A stretch of 64,000 nt of DNA, from positions 5,391-69,390 of the IMG/VR virus record IMGVR_UViG_2802428849_000003. One strand, given 5' to 3'. A model generated the notes under the pieces. The model had not been told where the DNA came from. It was given only the letters and a program-made list of their open reading frames with translations, and made no database searches. Shown in pieces: positions 46,264-55,842 of the stretch (within the stretch, counting starts at the first letter, position 1; every line of letters starts with the position of its first letter). The stretch is from a virus. Its lineage: Duplodnaviria; Caudoviricetes. Both the position numbers and the translations under genes were made by a program.

Positions 46264-46712
46264 TCAATCACCTTCATTTCGGGATTGTCCCATCTATTGC
46301 CTAAAATCTCCATGAAGTGAGTATCTGGGTCAGTTTCATCATCCTTAACATTCCAAAGCCAAAGTGAATGATACCTTATACCATCATTTATTTTCTCTGC
46401 TATATGCCATCCGAATTGATGCCATACTACTTCGCCGATATATTCTTCCATTCCCTCTACTTCTTTCCTACGACAATCTTTGAATATAAATCTTTTTACT
46501 TTTACGATATCCCCTTGGAATACTTTCTTTTGATGAATATCTTTTATGCCGATGTATTGCATTATCTGCTTTATACCTATATCGTATAATTTTATATCCC
46601 AGTAATCTCCTCCACTTGTTTGACCATATTCTCCACTTTCACCCTTAGATGTCATACCAAAGTTATATAGCATTTTCTCGCCATTCCATGCTCTAAATTC
46701 AATCTCTTGCAT
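46260..46712 (-). CDS. YopX-family protein
   Basis: IEFRAW, MQYIG.KD...K.VFQGDIV, EILGNRWDNPE. Confidence 0.9.
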   Translation of the reverse strand: MQEIEFRAWNGEKMLYNFGMTSKGESGEYGQTSGGDYWDIKLYDIGIKQIMQYIGIKDIHQKKVFQGDIVKVKRFIFKDCRRKEVEGMEEYIGEVVWHQFGWHIAEKINDGIRYHSLWLWNVKDDETDPDTHFMEILGNRWDNPEMKVIE

Positions 46713-46933
46713 TATTCCACCTCCATGAAATAGTTTTCAAAAGTTTCTTTTGATATTTCTATCCAAAAGTTATTTCTTATCAATCTGACTTCTCCACCAG
46801 CCACCCTAAAGCTATCATCATCTAATTCCCAAATAGTACCTTGTACTACCTCAACCCTTTGCTCTTCTTCTAAAAATCCATCATCGTCATACTTATCAAT
46901 GTTAAAACATTTAAGACACCTAAATTTTTTCAT
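46712..46933 (-). CDS. hypothetical protein
   Basis: Coupled ORF with RBS. Confidence 0.55.
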   Translation of the reverse strand: MKKFRCLKCFNIDKYDDDGFLEEEQRVEVVQGTIWELDDDSFRVAGGEVRLIRNNFWIEISKETFENYFMEVE

Positions 46934-46948
46934 CTACTCCACCTCCAT

Positions 46949-47323
46949 TTATCTTATATCCTCATACTCTAATATTTGAAATTCTTCTGGAACATTTGAA
47001 TCGAACATTGTTAATACTTTTATTATCCGAATATCTTCTTCTCTATCAAATCGTATCAACCATCTATCATCATCAAACAGTATTAGTTGGTCGAACCTAT
47101 AACCTCCTAAACGCCTATCATCAACACCAATCAATCCTTTAATCTTTGTGCCATCTTTAAAATATGCTGTTAAAGTTGCCATGTCTGCTTTTAATATTTG
47201 TTCTGCATTGTTTCTTAGAAATTGACCAAGCCCATATTTTGTAAGCTTATTATTGTAACCTAGAAATGCAAGGTCGAAATATTCAAAGGGTTCTCTTTCT
47301 GTGCCAGTTATCGAGGTAGACAT
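46949..47323 (-). CDS. hypothetical protein
   Basis: Operonic ORF with RBS. Confidence 0.55.
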   Translation of the reverse strand: MSTSITGTEREPFEYFDLAFLGYNNKLTKYGLGQFLRNNAEQILKADMATLTAYFKDGTKIKGLIGVDDRRLGGYRFDQLILFDDDRWLIRFDREEDIRIIKVLTMFDSNVPEEFQILEYEDIR

Positions 47324-47335
47324 TTATTCCACCCC

Positions 47336-47617
47336 CTATAACTCAACTATTTTCTTGTTATGTGCCTTAGCAAAATACCATTCCCTTATTGCTCCTTTGC
47401 TATCTCTCCAATCATCTAAAAAATGTACTTCATCGGCTTGTCTTATCATGGCAAAACATATTTCCATGTAATCTTCATATCCCATACCCTCTGGAAGTTC
47501 TGCTGGGTTTAAAACGATATTACCTTCATCAATTAAATCTTCTTCGATATCTTTAAATTTTTCTTTATAATCTGGGTCGCCTGTTATCTTTCCTGCTATA
47601 TAAATTTTCTTTTGCAT
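47336..47617 (-). CDS. DUF4406-family protein (nucleoside deoxyribosyltransferase-like)
   Basis: IYIAGKITG, NPA, W..SKGA..E. Confidence 0.85.
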   Translation of the reverse strand: MQKKIYIAGKITGDPDYKEKFKDIEEDLIDEGNIVLNPAELPEGMGYEDYMEICFAMIRQADEVHFLDDWRDSKGAIREWYFAKAHNKKIVEL

Positions 47618-48168
47618 TACTCCACCTCCACCAATTTTATTACGGAAACGTAAGTCTCAACCGTGATTTTAGATATACTTTGGATTTTGTAAATCCCATT
47701 TCTTCTCTGCAGCTGTGCTTGTTGCTTACTAAGAAAGTATTTCTCTACCTTTAGTTCTTCCAATACCTCTGCCCATGTTTTATTGTCTAAGTAGAAGAGT
47801 TTTAATATCTTTTGCTGTATTAGTGATAATCTCCTATAGGCAATTTCTAACTTGTCATTTACCAAATCTATACAGAACTTTTCTTCCATTAATCTTTTCT
47901 TTATGCTTTGCATATCTTCATTCCACATATTCTCAATATTTACTGCTGTATTTCCTGTACTATCTGATATTTTCCCTGATGGTGGCGTGTCACTTAATAC
48001 TTTATTTCCTATTACTTTAGTGTAAATATAGTCATCTGCACTTCCCATTTTGTCTGTATATTTATAGAAGCTTAATTCTCTGCCTAGACTTTCCTTTATT
48101 CCTTGAATTGTCGGCCATGCTTTAAATAAATTCTCTGTCTGAATATAACTAATGTATTCTACTGCCAT
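47617..48168 (-). CDS. ArpU/RinA-like transcriptional regulator
   Basis: C-terminal ILKLFYLDNKTWAEV sigma4-like HTH. Confidence 0.6.
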   Translation of the reverse strand: MAVEYISYIQTENLFKAWPTIQGIKESLGRELSFYKYTDKMGSADDYIYTKVIGNKVLSDTPPSGKISDSTGNTAVNIENMWNEDMQSIKKRLMEEKFCIDLVNDKLEIAYRRLSLIQQKILKLFYLDNKTWAEVLEELKVEKYFLSKQQAQLQRRNGIYKIQSISKITVETYVSVIKLVEVE

Positions 48169-48182
48169 GTAGTCACCCCTTC

Positions 48183-48620
48183 TTATACTCCTGTACTTCC
48201 AAAGCCACCCTTGCCCCTCTGTGTTTCGCTCAATTCATCTACAAATACTAACTCTGGTTGAACATAAGGTATAATTACCATTTGTGCTACTCTATCACCT
48301 AGATATATTGTATAAGGCTCTGTTCCCTCATTTAGCAATCTAACTCCTATATCTCCTCTATAATCTTCATCTATCAATCCAATATCGTTAATAAGAGTAA
48401 TTCTATGGTTAAATCCTAAATCACTTCTTGGTATTACAATTCCACAAAATCCATTTGGAATCTCCATTGATAACTTTGTAGGTATATCTGCATATTCCCC
48501 TACATTTATTGTTATTGGTTCATCATTGTTTGCCCTAATATCTAATCCTGCTGCAAATTGATTAGCATAGCTTGGTTTTTCTCCTTTACACACTACTTTC
48601 ATTATTGGTTTGTTATTCAA
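48183..48620 (-). CDS. dut: trimeric dUTPase
   Basis: AAGLD, PRS.LG, GLID.DYRG, AQMV, RG.GGFGSTG. Confidence 0.93.
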   Translation of the reverse strand: MNNKPIMKVVCKGEKPSYANQFAAGLDIRANNDEPITINVGEYADIPTKLSMEIPNGFCGIVIPRSDLGFNHRITLINDIGLIDEDYRGDIGVRLLNEGTEPYTIYLGDRVAQMVIIPYVQPELVFVDELSETQRGKGGFGSTGV

Positions 48621-48825
48621 TAAAATCTTCCTCCTTTAAATCAACTTCATATATTAAAAATGTTCCTCGCCTAAACTCGGGACAGTCATTGACTCTTGGA
48701 CTTGAAGTCATTGGTTCTATTTCTGTTTCTGAACCATTGTTACTTAAAGCTCCCATACACATATCTTCAAAGTAATGGATGCATTTAGAATTTATACAGA
48801 ATGAATTTTCAAAGGTTGCTTTCAT
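48613..48825 (-). CDS. hypothetical Cys-containing protein
   Basis: CINSKC.H...C motif; coupled ORF. Confidence 0.55.
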   Translation of the reverse strand: MKATFENSFCINSKCIHYFEDMCMGALSNNGSETEIEPMTSSPRVNDCPEFRRGTFLIYEVDLKEEDFIE

Positions 48826-49073
48826 TAATCAATCTTCCTTTCTTTATAAGCCTGCAATATCTTCTCTTTGGTCTTTTCTCCGACTCCTTTTATCCCTTCT
48901 AGGAGCTGTACCAATTCAATTTTGAAGTCTATTTGTTCTGCTACCTTAGCCCCTTCTCTAAATCCTTGCTGAAATCCTATACTATAAGTTTCTTGAAACT
49001 TTTCTTCCATCTCCTGTCTATCCATTTTCTTAATTTCTTTGTAAAGCTTTCTATTTAGCAATTGCTTTTCCAA
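48825..49073 (-). CDS. hypothetical protein with HhH-like tail
   Basis: IKGVGEKT. Confidence 0.55.
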   Translation of the reverse strand: MEKQLLNRKLYKEIKKMDRQEMEEKFQETYSIGFQQGFREGAKVAEQIDFKIELVQLLEGIKGVGEKTKEKILQAYKERKID

Positions 49074-49150
49074 CTTTCCTCCCCCTTTGATTTCCTTGGA
49101 AATTACAATAGTTCTACATTTCTCTACCGGTTATATCAATCTTCTATCTA

Positions 49151-50347
49151 TTAAGCTGCCTGTTGGCTCTGAATTGTAATATTTAGGTCTTTGAACCCTA
49201 ATGTGTTCATTGCCTTTAAAATATCCTCTAATTGACTTTTAGCATTTTCTACGGTTAATTTAAATGTCATAGTCATGAATCCATCTGCTGGATTTGCTTC
49301 AGGCTTTTCTACTATTTCTTCTTTTCTCACTTCTTCTGGGATATCAAGTCTATGTTTCTCCACGTTAATTCCTCCAACTCCTGAATTTTCTTTATCTGTT
49401 TTATGGTTAATCACTTTTGCCACTGCTCCATCTTCTCTATATTTTTCTAGTTCTTCTGGACTTAGTATATATGTTTTTACTGTCGGTTGATTGCTTTCAA
49501 GTTTACTTTTAACCTCTTCTATCTCCTTCACATCAGCCCTGTAACATTTTATATACCTATATGCTGTAGGATAAGAGATACCTGATTGTTTACTTATCTC
49601 ACTAGCACCCAACTCAGTTTCTATTGCTAATTTTTTTGCTAGTTTAAAATCCTTTCCTTTTCCCTCGCCCATTTTATATCCTCCCTTTTCTAATTTTTGC
49701 TTTGCCTTAACAGTTAATCTGCTGATATAAGATTGACTAAGCCCCAATGATTTTCCGATCTCATGTTGATTAAGACCTTGTAATTTCAGCTTTAGAATTT
49801 CTTGAGTTCTTTCATCTAGTTTTTTTAGTACCTCATGTAGTCCTTCTAATTCTAGATTTTCATCAAAGTCAACTTCATAGCCTATAACTTCTGACAAGTA
49901 TACTTCACCTTCATCATTATTATTTATTGGCCTTTCCAATGAATCTACATATTTACACCTGTGATATGCTATGGCACTTTCCACGCTTTCTATAGAAATA
50001 CCTAAGATAGCTGATATAACTCCTGGACTTTCGTTTATTAAGCCCGATTGCAATATGTTCAAGTAATTATAAACTGTGCTCCCACCAACTTTAACCCCAT
50101 ATAATTTATCTCTTAAAAACATTGAAATTTCCCACCTAATGGATGTAATCGCAAATCCTGCAAACTTAACTCCCTGTCCAGGGTCAAATCTGTCGTATGC
50201 CTTGATTAAGCCTATCGTTCCGATTTGAACCAAATCATCCATTTCCACACATGAGGAATTGTATATTCTGTTTTGAAATTCTTTCGCTACCATCCCCACT
50301 AATCCCATGTTTTCCAATATAAAAGTATCTCTATCCGCTCCTTCCAT
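49151..50347 (-). CDS. sigma-70 family factor (SigF/SigG/SigB-like) fused to a C-terminal HTH protein
   Basis: ENMGLV, DLVQIGTIGLIKA.DRFD, KFAGFA region 2; EIGKSLGLSQSYISRL region 4; about 173-aa extension. Confidence 0.85.
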   Translation of the reverse strand: MEGADRDTFILENMGLVGMVAKEFQNRIYNSSCVEMDDLVQIGTIGLIKAYDRFDPGQGVKFAGFAITSIRWEISMFLRDKLYGVKVGGSTVYNYLNILQSGLINESPGVISAILGISIESVESAIAYHRCKYVDSLERPINNNDEGEVYLSEVIGYEVDFDENLELEGLHEVLKKLDERTQEILKLKLQGLNQHEIGKSLGLSQSYISRLTVKAKQKLEKGGYKMGEGKGKDFKLAKKLAIETELGASEISKQSGISYPTAYRYIKCYRADVKEIEEVKSKLESNQPTVKTYILSPEELEKYREDGAVAKVINHKTDKENSGVGGINVEKHRLDIPEEVRKEEIVEKPEANPADGFMTMTFKLTVENAKSQLEDILKAMNTLGFKDLNITIQSQQAA

Positions 50348-50577
50348 GTGTTTCCTCCTTATTATTTTTCACACCCTAGCCCCCTTCATCCTCTTTACTG
50401 CATGATATAAATAATCTCCATATTCTCTATTAGATTCTTGAAGTGTTTTGTTTCTCTCTAGTTTTTTCTTGTAATTAAAATAATCTTTACAATTACCATG
50501 ACACCCTACTTTTCGCTTTTGGCAACAGTAACATGATTTATTCATTGACTCACTTTCCCTCTTTTCCTGCCTTTCTT

Positions 50578-51015
50578 CTAAAAAGGAATATCCTCATCAT
50601 CTGCTGGATGAAATCCTTCTATTCCACCAAAGTCAAAAGAAGAATCATTATTATTTGATTGCTGCTTATCTCCCCATTCTAGAAACTCAACATTAGTAGC
50701 TACTACCTCAGTTGTATATACTCTAACTCCGTCTTTATCGTATGAACCTGTCTGAATCCTTCCTTGGATACCTACCAATCTACCTTTTACTAAATAGTTA
50801 GCTGCGTTTTCTGCCATCTTTCCCCATACAGTGATGTTGATAAAATCAGCTGTAGGATATCCTTTTGACTCCATTTCTTGCTTTTTATCCTTTGATAAGT
50901 CTCTATTTACTGCAAGTCCAAATTTTGTAACTGCTGTACCGTTACCTGGTAGGTATCTTAGTTCTGGATCTCTTGTTAATCTTCCTATAAGCACACAATT
51001 ATTCATTCTTGGCAC
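50578..51015 (-). CDS. ssb: single-stranded DNA-binding protein
   Basis: LIGRLTRDPELRY, ADFINITVWGK, C-terminal DIPF. Confidence 0.95.
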   Translation of the reverse strand: MPRMNNCVLIGRLTRDPELRYLPGNGTAVTKFGLAVNRDLSKDKKQEMESKGYPTADFINITVWGKMAENAANYLVKGRLVGIQGRIQTGSYDKDGVRVYTTEVVATNVEFLEWGDKQQSNNNDSSFDFGGIEGFHPADDEDIPF

Positions 51016-51286
51016 TCTCCTTTTCTTTTAATCTCTCATATCTTTCTTTTGTAGCTAACCCACCTCGGATATACCTCTCTTCCCAATTTGCATCTAAAAC
51101 TTCTCTAACCTTCTCATACAAGGAGTGGTTTATATCTTTAAGTCTAATTATTAAATCCTTATGAACTGTTGATTTAGATACTCCCATGTACTTCGCCGTT
51201 TCCCTTATTGTTGAATTGTTCTTTATAAGATAGTTTGCCGACTCAATTGCTCTCTGCTCTATATAGTCTTTATTCCTACCCCTCAT
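50999..51286 (-). CDS. spoIIID: sporulation transcription regulator SpoIIID homologue
   Basis: DYIEQRA, GVSKSTVHKDL..RL..IN, R.IRGG.ATK match the SpoIIID signature. Confidence 0.9.
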   Translation of the reverse strand: MRGRNKDYIEQRAIESANYLIKNNSTIRETAKYMGVSKSTVHKDLIIRLKDINHSLYEKVREVLDANWEERYIRGGLATKERYERLKEKESAKNE

Positions 51287-51297
51287 AAATTCACCTC

Positions 51298-51861
51298 CTA
51301 TTCTTTAAAATCTAACCTCTTTTCCATGTCCATCCCATCAATTAAACTAACTATAACTTTTCTACTTTCTACTATTCGAGTTATTTCTTCTTTGAAATCA
51401 AGTGGTAATAACCTACTTTGCCTTTCTCGTTCTCCTACTATTTCATACATCTTTAGAAATTGACCTCTAACTACATCTGGCTTTTCACTATGGCAAATTT
51501 CTTGCCATCCCATGTATTTAACAACTTTTCTAGTTACTGGTGTCATACTTTCCAAAGCTTCTTTTTCCCTATAGTAGCCATATTCTTTAATAGCCTTGAT
51601 CACCTCTCCCCATCCACTAGCTCCGTCTAATCGTTCATTCTCTGGTGTTGTTACCTCAGATAATTGTTTTCTTATATCTGATACAGAGGGAGGAAATGGA
51701 CTTTCAAGGATATGTTTTTTTATTGCTAAGAGTGCAACTTCAATATCCATATCTTTTAGGCAGTCATACCAAATATCTACTGTTAAATCCGTTATTTCTT
51801 TCATATTTGGATATGCTCCTGATATCATACCTAGCAACTTTATAACTTCGGATTTTCTCAA
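51298..51861 (-). CDS. replicative helicase loader/inhibitor (G39P-like)
   Basis: AYP..W...L.D...FPP...I motif; follows the initiator. Confidence 0.7.
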   Translation of the reverse strand: MRKSEVIKLLGMISGAYPNMKEITDLTVDIWYDCLKDMDIEVALLAIKKHILESPFPPSVSDIRKQLSEVTTPENERLDGASGWGEVIKAIKEYGYYREKEALESMTPVTRKVVKYMGWQEICHSEKPDVVRGQFLKMYEIVGERERQSRLLPLDFKEEITRIVESRKVIVSLIDGMDMEKRLDFKE

Positions 51862-52808
51862 ATTTCTTCCTCCTCTGCTCTAGCCTTTAGATACATTTCC
51901 TCTAATTTGGATACATTCTTATTGGCTTTATTTTTAGGTTTGGCTCTATTCTTTTGAAGTTCTAGAGTATCCCATTGCTTTCTTAATTTCTGTGGACTTC
52001 TGATATTTGAACACCAAAATGTATCTTCTTGAGCCCACCTAAATAATTCAGCTATTGCTCTTGGCTCCCTCTTATCAAGTCTAATCATGTAGTCTATCTG
52101 TTTAGCCCAATTTTGAAGGTTTTCAACATTGTCTTTTGGTACTTTAGAATCTGGCTTAACTCTTAACATTTCACTTATAAGAAATTTAGCTAAAGCTATT
52201 TCTGTGCTCTCTTCTCCAAATTCCAGTTTCAGTTGTTCTAATTCATCGTTGCAACTTTGTTGCGACATTAATATATCTTCTTTAACATTCTTATCATTCT
52301 TTACATTCTTATCATTCTTGTTAATATTGTTCCCTTCTCGTTCCCTTCGTTGTTCCTTCATCGTTCTTTCATTGTTACCTTCGTTATTGCCTTCATAGTT
52401 TTTTGAGGTCTGGTAGATGTCGTATTTCACTACTGTTATAATTAATCCGTGTGTTACCTTCGTAGTTTCTATCATTGGTTCCACCGTCGTTACCTTCATA
52501 GTTCCTTCATAAGGAAATCGTGTTCCAACAGGGTTTGAGGGGTTTCTTAACCATTCTAGGACTCCCCAAATTTGTTTTTTTGTAGGCTTTTCTATCCTAA
52601 AACCCACATTATAAGCCATTTCTTCTTGAATTTCTGCTATAGATGTAAAAAGTTGCCCTCTTTTCAGATTTCCATAATCTTTATGTTGAGCATTAAGTAA
52701 TATCCAAGTCCAAACTTTAAAGTATAAAGGTGGTTTTTCCATTATTCCACTTTCTAAAATTCTTCTACTTAATAAAATATAGCCTCCAGGGATTAATGGT
52801 TTATTCAT
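51858..52808 (-). CDS. phage replication initiator
   Basis: GGYILLSR, LKRGQ, TVVKYDIYQ N-terminus; D.FW..NI.SP.KLR.QW C-terminus. Confidence 0.8.
   Translation of the reverse strand: MNKPLIPGGYILLSRRILESGIMEKPPLYFKVWTWILLNAQHKDYGNLKRGQLFTSIAEIQEEMAYNVGFRIEKPTKKQIWGVLEWLRNPSNPVGTRFPYEGTMKVTTVEPMIETTKVTHGLIITVVKYDIYQTSKNYEGNNEGNNERTMKEQRREREGNNINKNDKNVKNDKNVKEDILMSQQSCNDELEQLKLEFGEESTEIALAKFLISEMLRVKPDSKVPKDNVENLQNWAKQIDYMIRLDKREPRAIAELFRWAQEDTFWCSNIRSPQKLRKQWDTLELQKNRAKPKNKANKNVSKLEEMYLKARAEEEEI
52285..52508. repeat. iteron-like repeats, probable replication origin
   Basis: ACATTCTTATCATTCTT twice (52285, 52303) and about 8 copies of GTT(A/C)CCTTC-like motif (52329-52508). Confidence 0.7.
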
Positions 52809-52854
52809 TTAATCCCTCCTTCTATTTCGAATTCGTATAGCCACACTTAGCACA

Positions 52855-53487
52855 TCACCTTGCACCCCACTCCAATATCTTGACTTCCGTATCCTTAACT
52901 CCAAATTTCATAGCATCTTTATAGGTAGAATGAAACAAATCAATTCTGATATTTTTATCATCATTTCTTAAAGCTGCACCCGTGTCACCAACTTCTACAA
53001 CTCCCCAATCAGGTATTTCCAATTTAGTCCCATATGGAAGCTTTCGTGGATCTGCAGCTACTATTCCTCGGCTTACTTGTTTACCTATAGAGGTTCTATT
53101 TGGATTACCTTCAGCTTGTTGACCATCTCTATTGTCCAGTGGAGAATAAGCCGTCAATTTTGCTCTTATGGTTCTTAGTTGCTCATTTTCTTCCTGTAAC
53201 TTAGTTAAATTATTTTCCAAGATTTCTATTTGAAAATTTAGGTTTATCTCTAATTCATCTTGTAATTTAATTAATTCTTCATAATGGGTTTTAAGTTGAG
53301 TTAGGTATTCTTTCTGTTTTGTTAATTCAACTATTTCAGTTTCTAATTTTTCAAGTTCATTTGTCACTGTAAGGTGTGCTACTATACTTATTGTTGCTAA
53401 GACTATTGCTGTAGCCCACTTTAAAATATCTGTTTTAGTATCTTTGTTAATTGTCCTCACCCCTTTATTTAGTTGGTTGAAAGTCAT
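52855..53487 (-). CDS. 3D-domain (MltA-like) membrane-anchored cell-wall protein
   Basis: TM plus coiled coil, then TAYS, VAADP, YGT, DTG, IDLF. Confidence 0.85.
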   Translation of the reverse strand: MTFNQLNKGVRTINKDTKTDILKWATAIVLATISIVAHLTVTNELEKLETEIVELTKQKEYLTQLKTHYEELIKLQDELEINLNFQIEILENNLTKLQEENEQLRTIRAKLTAYSPLDNRDGQQAEGNPNRTSIGKQVSRGIVAADPRKLPYGTKLEIPDWGVVEVGDTGAALRNDDKNIRIDLFHSTYKDAMKFGVKDTEVKILEWGAR

Positions 53488-53494
53488 TCTTTTC

Positions 53495-53758
53495 TTACTC
53501 TATTTTTCTATCTGATAACTCAACCTCTAGAACATCATCTAATTGAAGGTATTTGCCCTTTGCTTTGACTGTATAACCTTCTTTTTTAATCCTATAAATT
53601 AAGCCATTTATATGTTTTATATTTACTTTTGGGTCTTTACCTTTTTTAATCTTTATTTGTATTTTTTCTGCTATGCTTGTGACTATGAATACTAGAATCA
53701 ACGAGAAGGTAACACCACCAAAGAAATAAATAATCATATTAAATATTTTCTCTAACAT
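53495..53758 (-). CDS. small membrane protein
   Basis: N-terminal TM. Confidence 0.5.
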   Translation of the reverse strand: MLEKIFNMIIYFFGGVTFSLILVFIVTSIAEKIQIKIKKGKDPKVNIKHINGLIYRIKKEGYTVKAKGKYLQLDDVLEVELSDRKIE

Positions 53759-53769
53759 TTATTTACCTC

Positions 53770-54504
53770 CTAACTAAAACTTGGCTCTGGCTCTGCTTCG
53801 ACTTCCACTTCGTCACTTTCATAATCAGTATCAATGATTATCTTTGTACCTGATTGAGTTAGGTTCATTAAGAATATAGAGAATTCATCAAGTCGTCTTA
53901 GCGAGCTGATATTGTTAATAGATTTAGAAGTAATAGTCCAATCCCATCTACTAAATTTACTGATTTTTATTTCAACATTCATTTCTTCATCTTTTTCACA
54001 TTCAAATACTATGGTTGCATATTTAAAGTCACTCCAACTTCTTTCGTTGTCATATTCAACCTCAAGAGAAACCTCTGGATATTCATAACTAACTCCGTCA
54101 TCATAATTAATCTCTAGGTTTGAAGTATCTATATTTTTAGCTACATAATCCTTCCATTTATTAAATATCTCTGATACTTTAATTTCCTCAATGGTTTCGT
54201 AACTTGCTAATTCTTTGAAGTTCTCTAATAATTTCTTATTATCTAATGCTGTATTCTTCAATATTTCTACCAAGACTGTATCTAGCTTCAAAATATATTT
54301 TGAATAATCGTAATTCTCTAGGTAAGGCACCATTACTGACTCAATCTTTTCTTTAATAGCCTTTTTAGCTCCACCACCATAACCGAATAAATCTTCAAGT
54401 AACTTTCTTATGCCTTTTTCTAATTCCTCTGCAATTAATTTTTCAACCGTTCCATCCTCTAACTTCTTTGCTATAACATCTTTTATACTGTTTTCTAAGT
54501 TCAC
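53770..54504 (-). CDS. hypothetical acidic phage protein
   Basis: 244-aa ORF with GGAGG RBS. Confidence 0.6.
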   Translation of the reverse strand: MNLENSIKDVIAKKLEDGTVEKLIAEELEKGIRKLLEDLFGYGGGAKKAIKEKIESVMVPYLENYDYSKYILKLDTVLVEILKNTALDNKKLLENFKELASYETIEEIKVSEIFNKWKDYVAKNIDTSNLEINYDDGVSYEYPEVSLEVEYDNERSWSDFKYATIVFECEKDEEMNVEIKISKFSRWDWTITSKSINNISSLRRLDEFSIFLMNLTQSGTKIIIDTDYESDEVEVEAEPEPSFS

Positions 54505-54525
54505 AATAATTCCCCCTATTTTTTA

Positions 54526-54753
54526 TTAATTTTCTTCGTAATAGCTTCCAAATTCTCGCATAAGGTTTCTAATGAGTATATTAATAGCTCTGTCTACATT
54601 CCCACTTTGAATTGCACCCATATTTATATTCCATACATCTGCCTTTGTTAATGATGGGTTTACCTTTGATTTCCTGCTATCGGCATTATCTATGTGATAC
54701 ATCAGAAAATCCTCTATTTGTTCAACTTTTGCTCCTTCTTTTAAATTAGCCAT
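54526..54753 (-). CDS. hypothetical protein
   Basis: GGGAG RBS. Confidence 0.5.
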   Translation of the reverse strand: MANLKEGAKVEQIEDFLMYHIDNADSRKSKVNPSLTKADVWNINMGAIQSGNVDRAINILIRNLMREFGSYYEEN

Positions 54754-54794
54754 TCTTATTCTCCCTATTTTTTATTTTCTAATTAGATTTCGCA

Positions 54795-55637
54795 TTATTG
54801 ACTTAACCACCAATCAAATACTTCTTGCCCTGTTTTCCAGTCAGTTTCAAGCCCTCTTTTTTCTCTCTCCAACAACATTCTGTCAAATGCTTTAATGTAG
54901 TTTCTTTTATGTTTTTGAAATCTCTCAAACTCTTTTGCTCTCTGTTGTGGCGATTGCATTGGGCAACCGATACAACCTAATCTTGAATAACCTTGGTCAT
55001 ATAACTCACAATATGGTAAATTTCTTAACTTGATAAAGCTCCATACTTCTTCATCTGTCCAATCAATGATTGGATTTAGTATGTGTTTTCCTTTGATTTG
55101 GCAATTCTCTATCATCATTCGCCTTTCCTCGTTATCACTCATTAAGAATATTTTCCTATTTTCTTTGGCTTTTTTAGATTGGCTGCCATACCTATCAAAT
55201 TCAACCATATCTCTATTATTTTTCCTTCTACTGCTTTCTGCCCACCTTACACCGGTGACTACAAACCTACCATTCCCCCCACCCTCTTTGAGAACATCAC
55301 AGCAATATCTAACTATCCTAGTTGGTGGCATTAGCTTTTTAGGAATTAATCTCCACATAGTTATTTCTGGATGGTCAACTATTACATCTGGATGATGTGC
55401 TCTCATGTAATGTATTAATTCTGGTGGATCTGCTGTCGTATTATTGTAATGTGCATCATATTTCACACCTGCCATATTCAAAAGTTCTTTACATACGATA
55501 GAGTCCTTTCCCCCACTAAAAGCTAAATAATAGCCTTCTCTTGGCTCAAAGGTTCTAATCCTATCTACCGCAACTTGGATTTTATCTTTTCCATCGAAAT
55601 TGAGTTGTCCCAATGTCATACAATTACCTTCTTTCAA
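54795..55637 (-). CDS. PAPS-reductase family protein
   Basis: FSGGKDS PP-loop, RYCC..LKE, RLGCIGCP. Confidence 0.88.
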   Translation of the reverse strand: MKEGNCMTLGQLNFDGKDKIQVAVDRIRTFEPREGYYLAFSGGKDSIVCKELLNMAGVKYDAHYNNTTADPPELIHYMRAHHPDVIVDHPEITMWRLIPKKLMPPTRIVRYCCDVLKEGGGNGRFVVTGVRWAESSRRKNNRDMVEFDRYGSQSKKAKENRKIFLMSDNEERRMMIENCQIKGKHILNPIIDWTDEEVWSFIKLRNLPYCELYDQGYSRLGCIGCPMQSPQQRAKEFERFQKHKRNYIKAFDRMLLEREKRGLETDWKTGQEVFDWWLSQ

Positions 55638-55650
55638 TATGGGTACATTT

Positions 55651-55833
55651 CTAATCTTCTTCCTTTTCTAAAGGGCAATCTTCCAATCTAGGTAATCTAG
55701 GATGTTGTCCTTTGTGTAAAATTTGTTTGTCTAACAAAATACATCTATGTGGTGTGGAATTCAATTTCAATATTTGTTGCTGATTTTCTGTCAAGGTCAA
55801 ATATCTACAATAATCACAAAATTTTAATTTCAT
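55651..55833 (-). CDS. small Cys-containing protein
   Basis: CDYC..C..C; GGAGG RBS. Confidence 0.5.
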   Translation of the reverse strand: MKLKFCDYCRYLTLTENQQQILKLNSTPHRCILLDKQILHKGQHPRLPRLEDCPLEKEED

Positions 55834-55842
55834 AACAACCTC

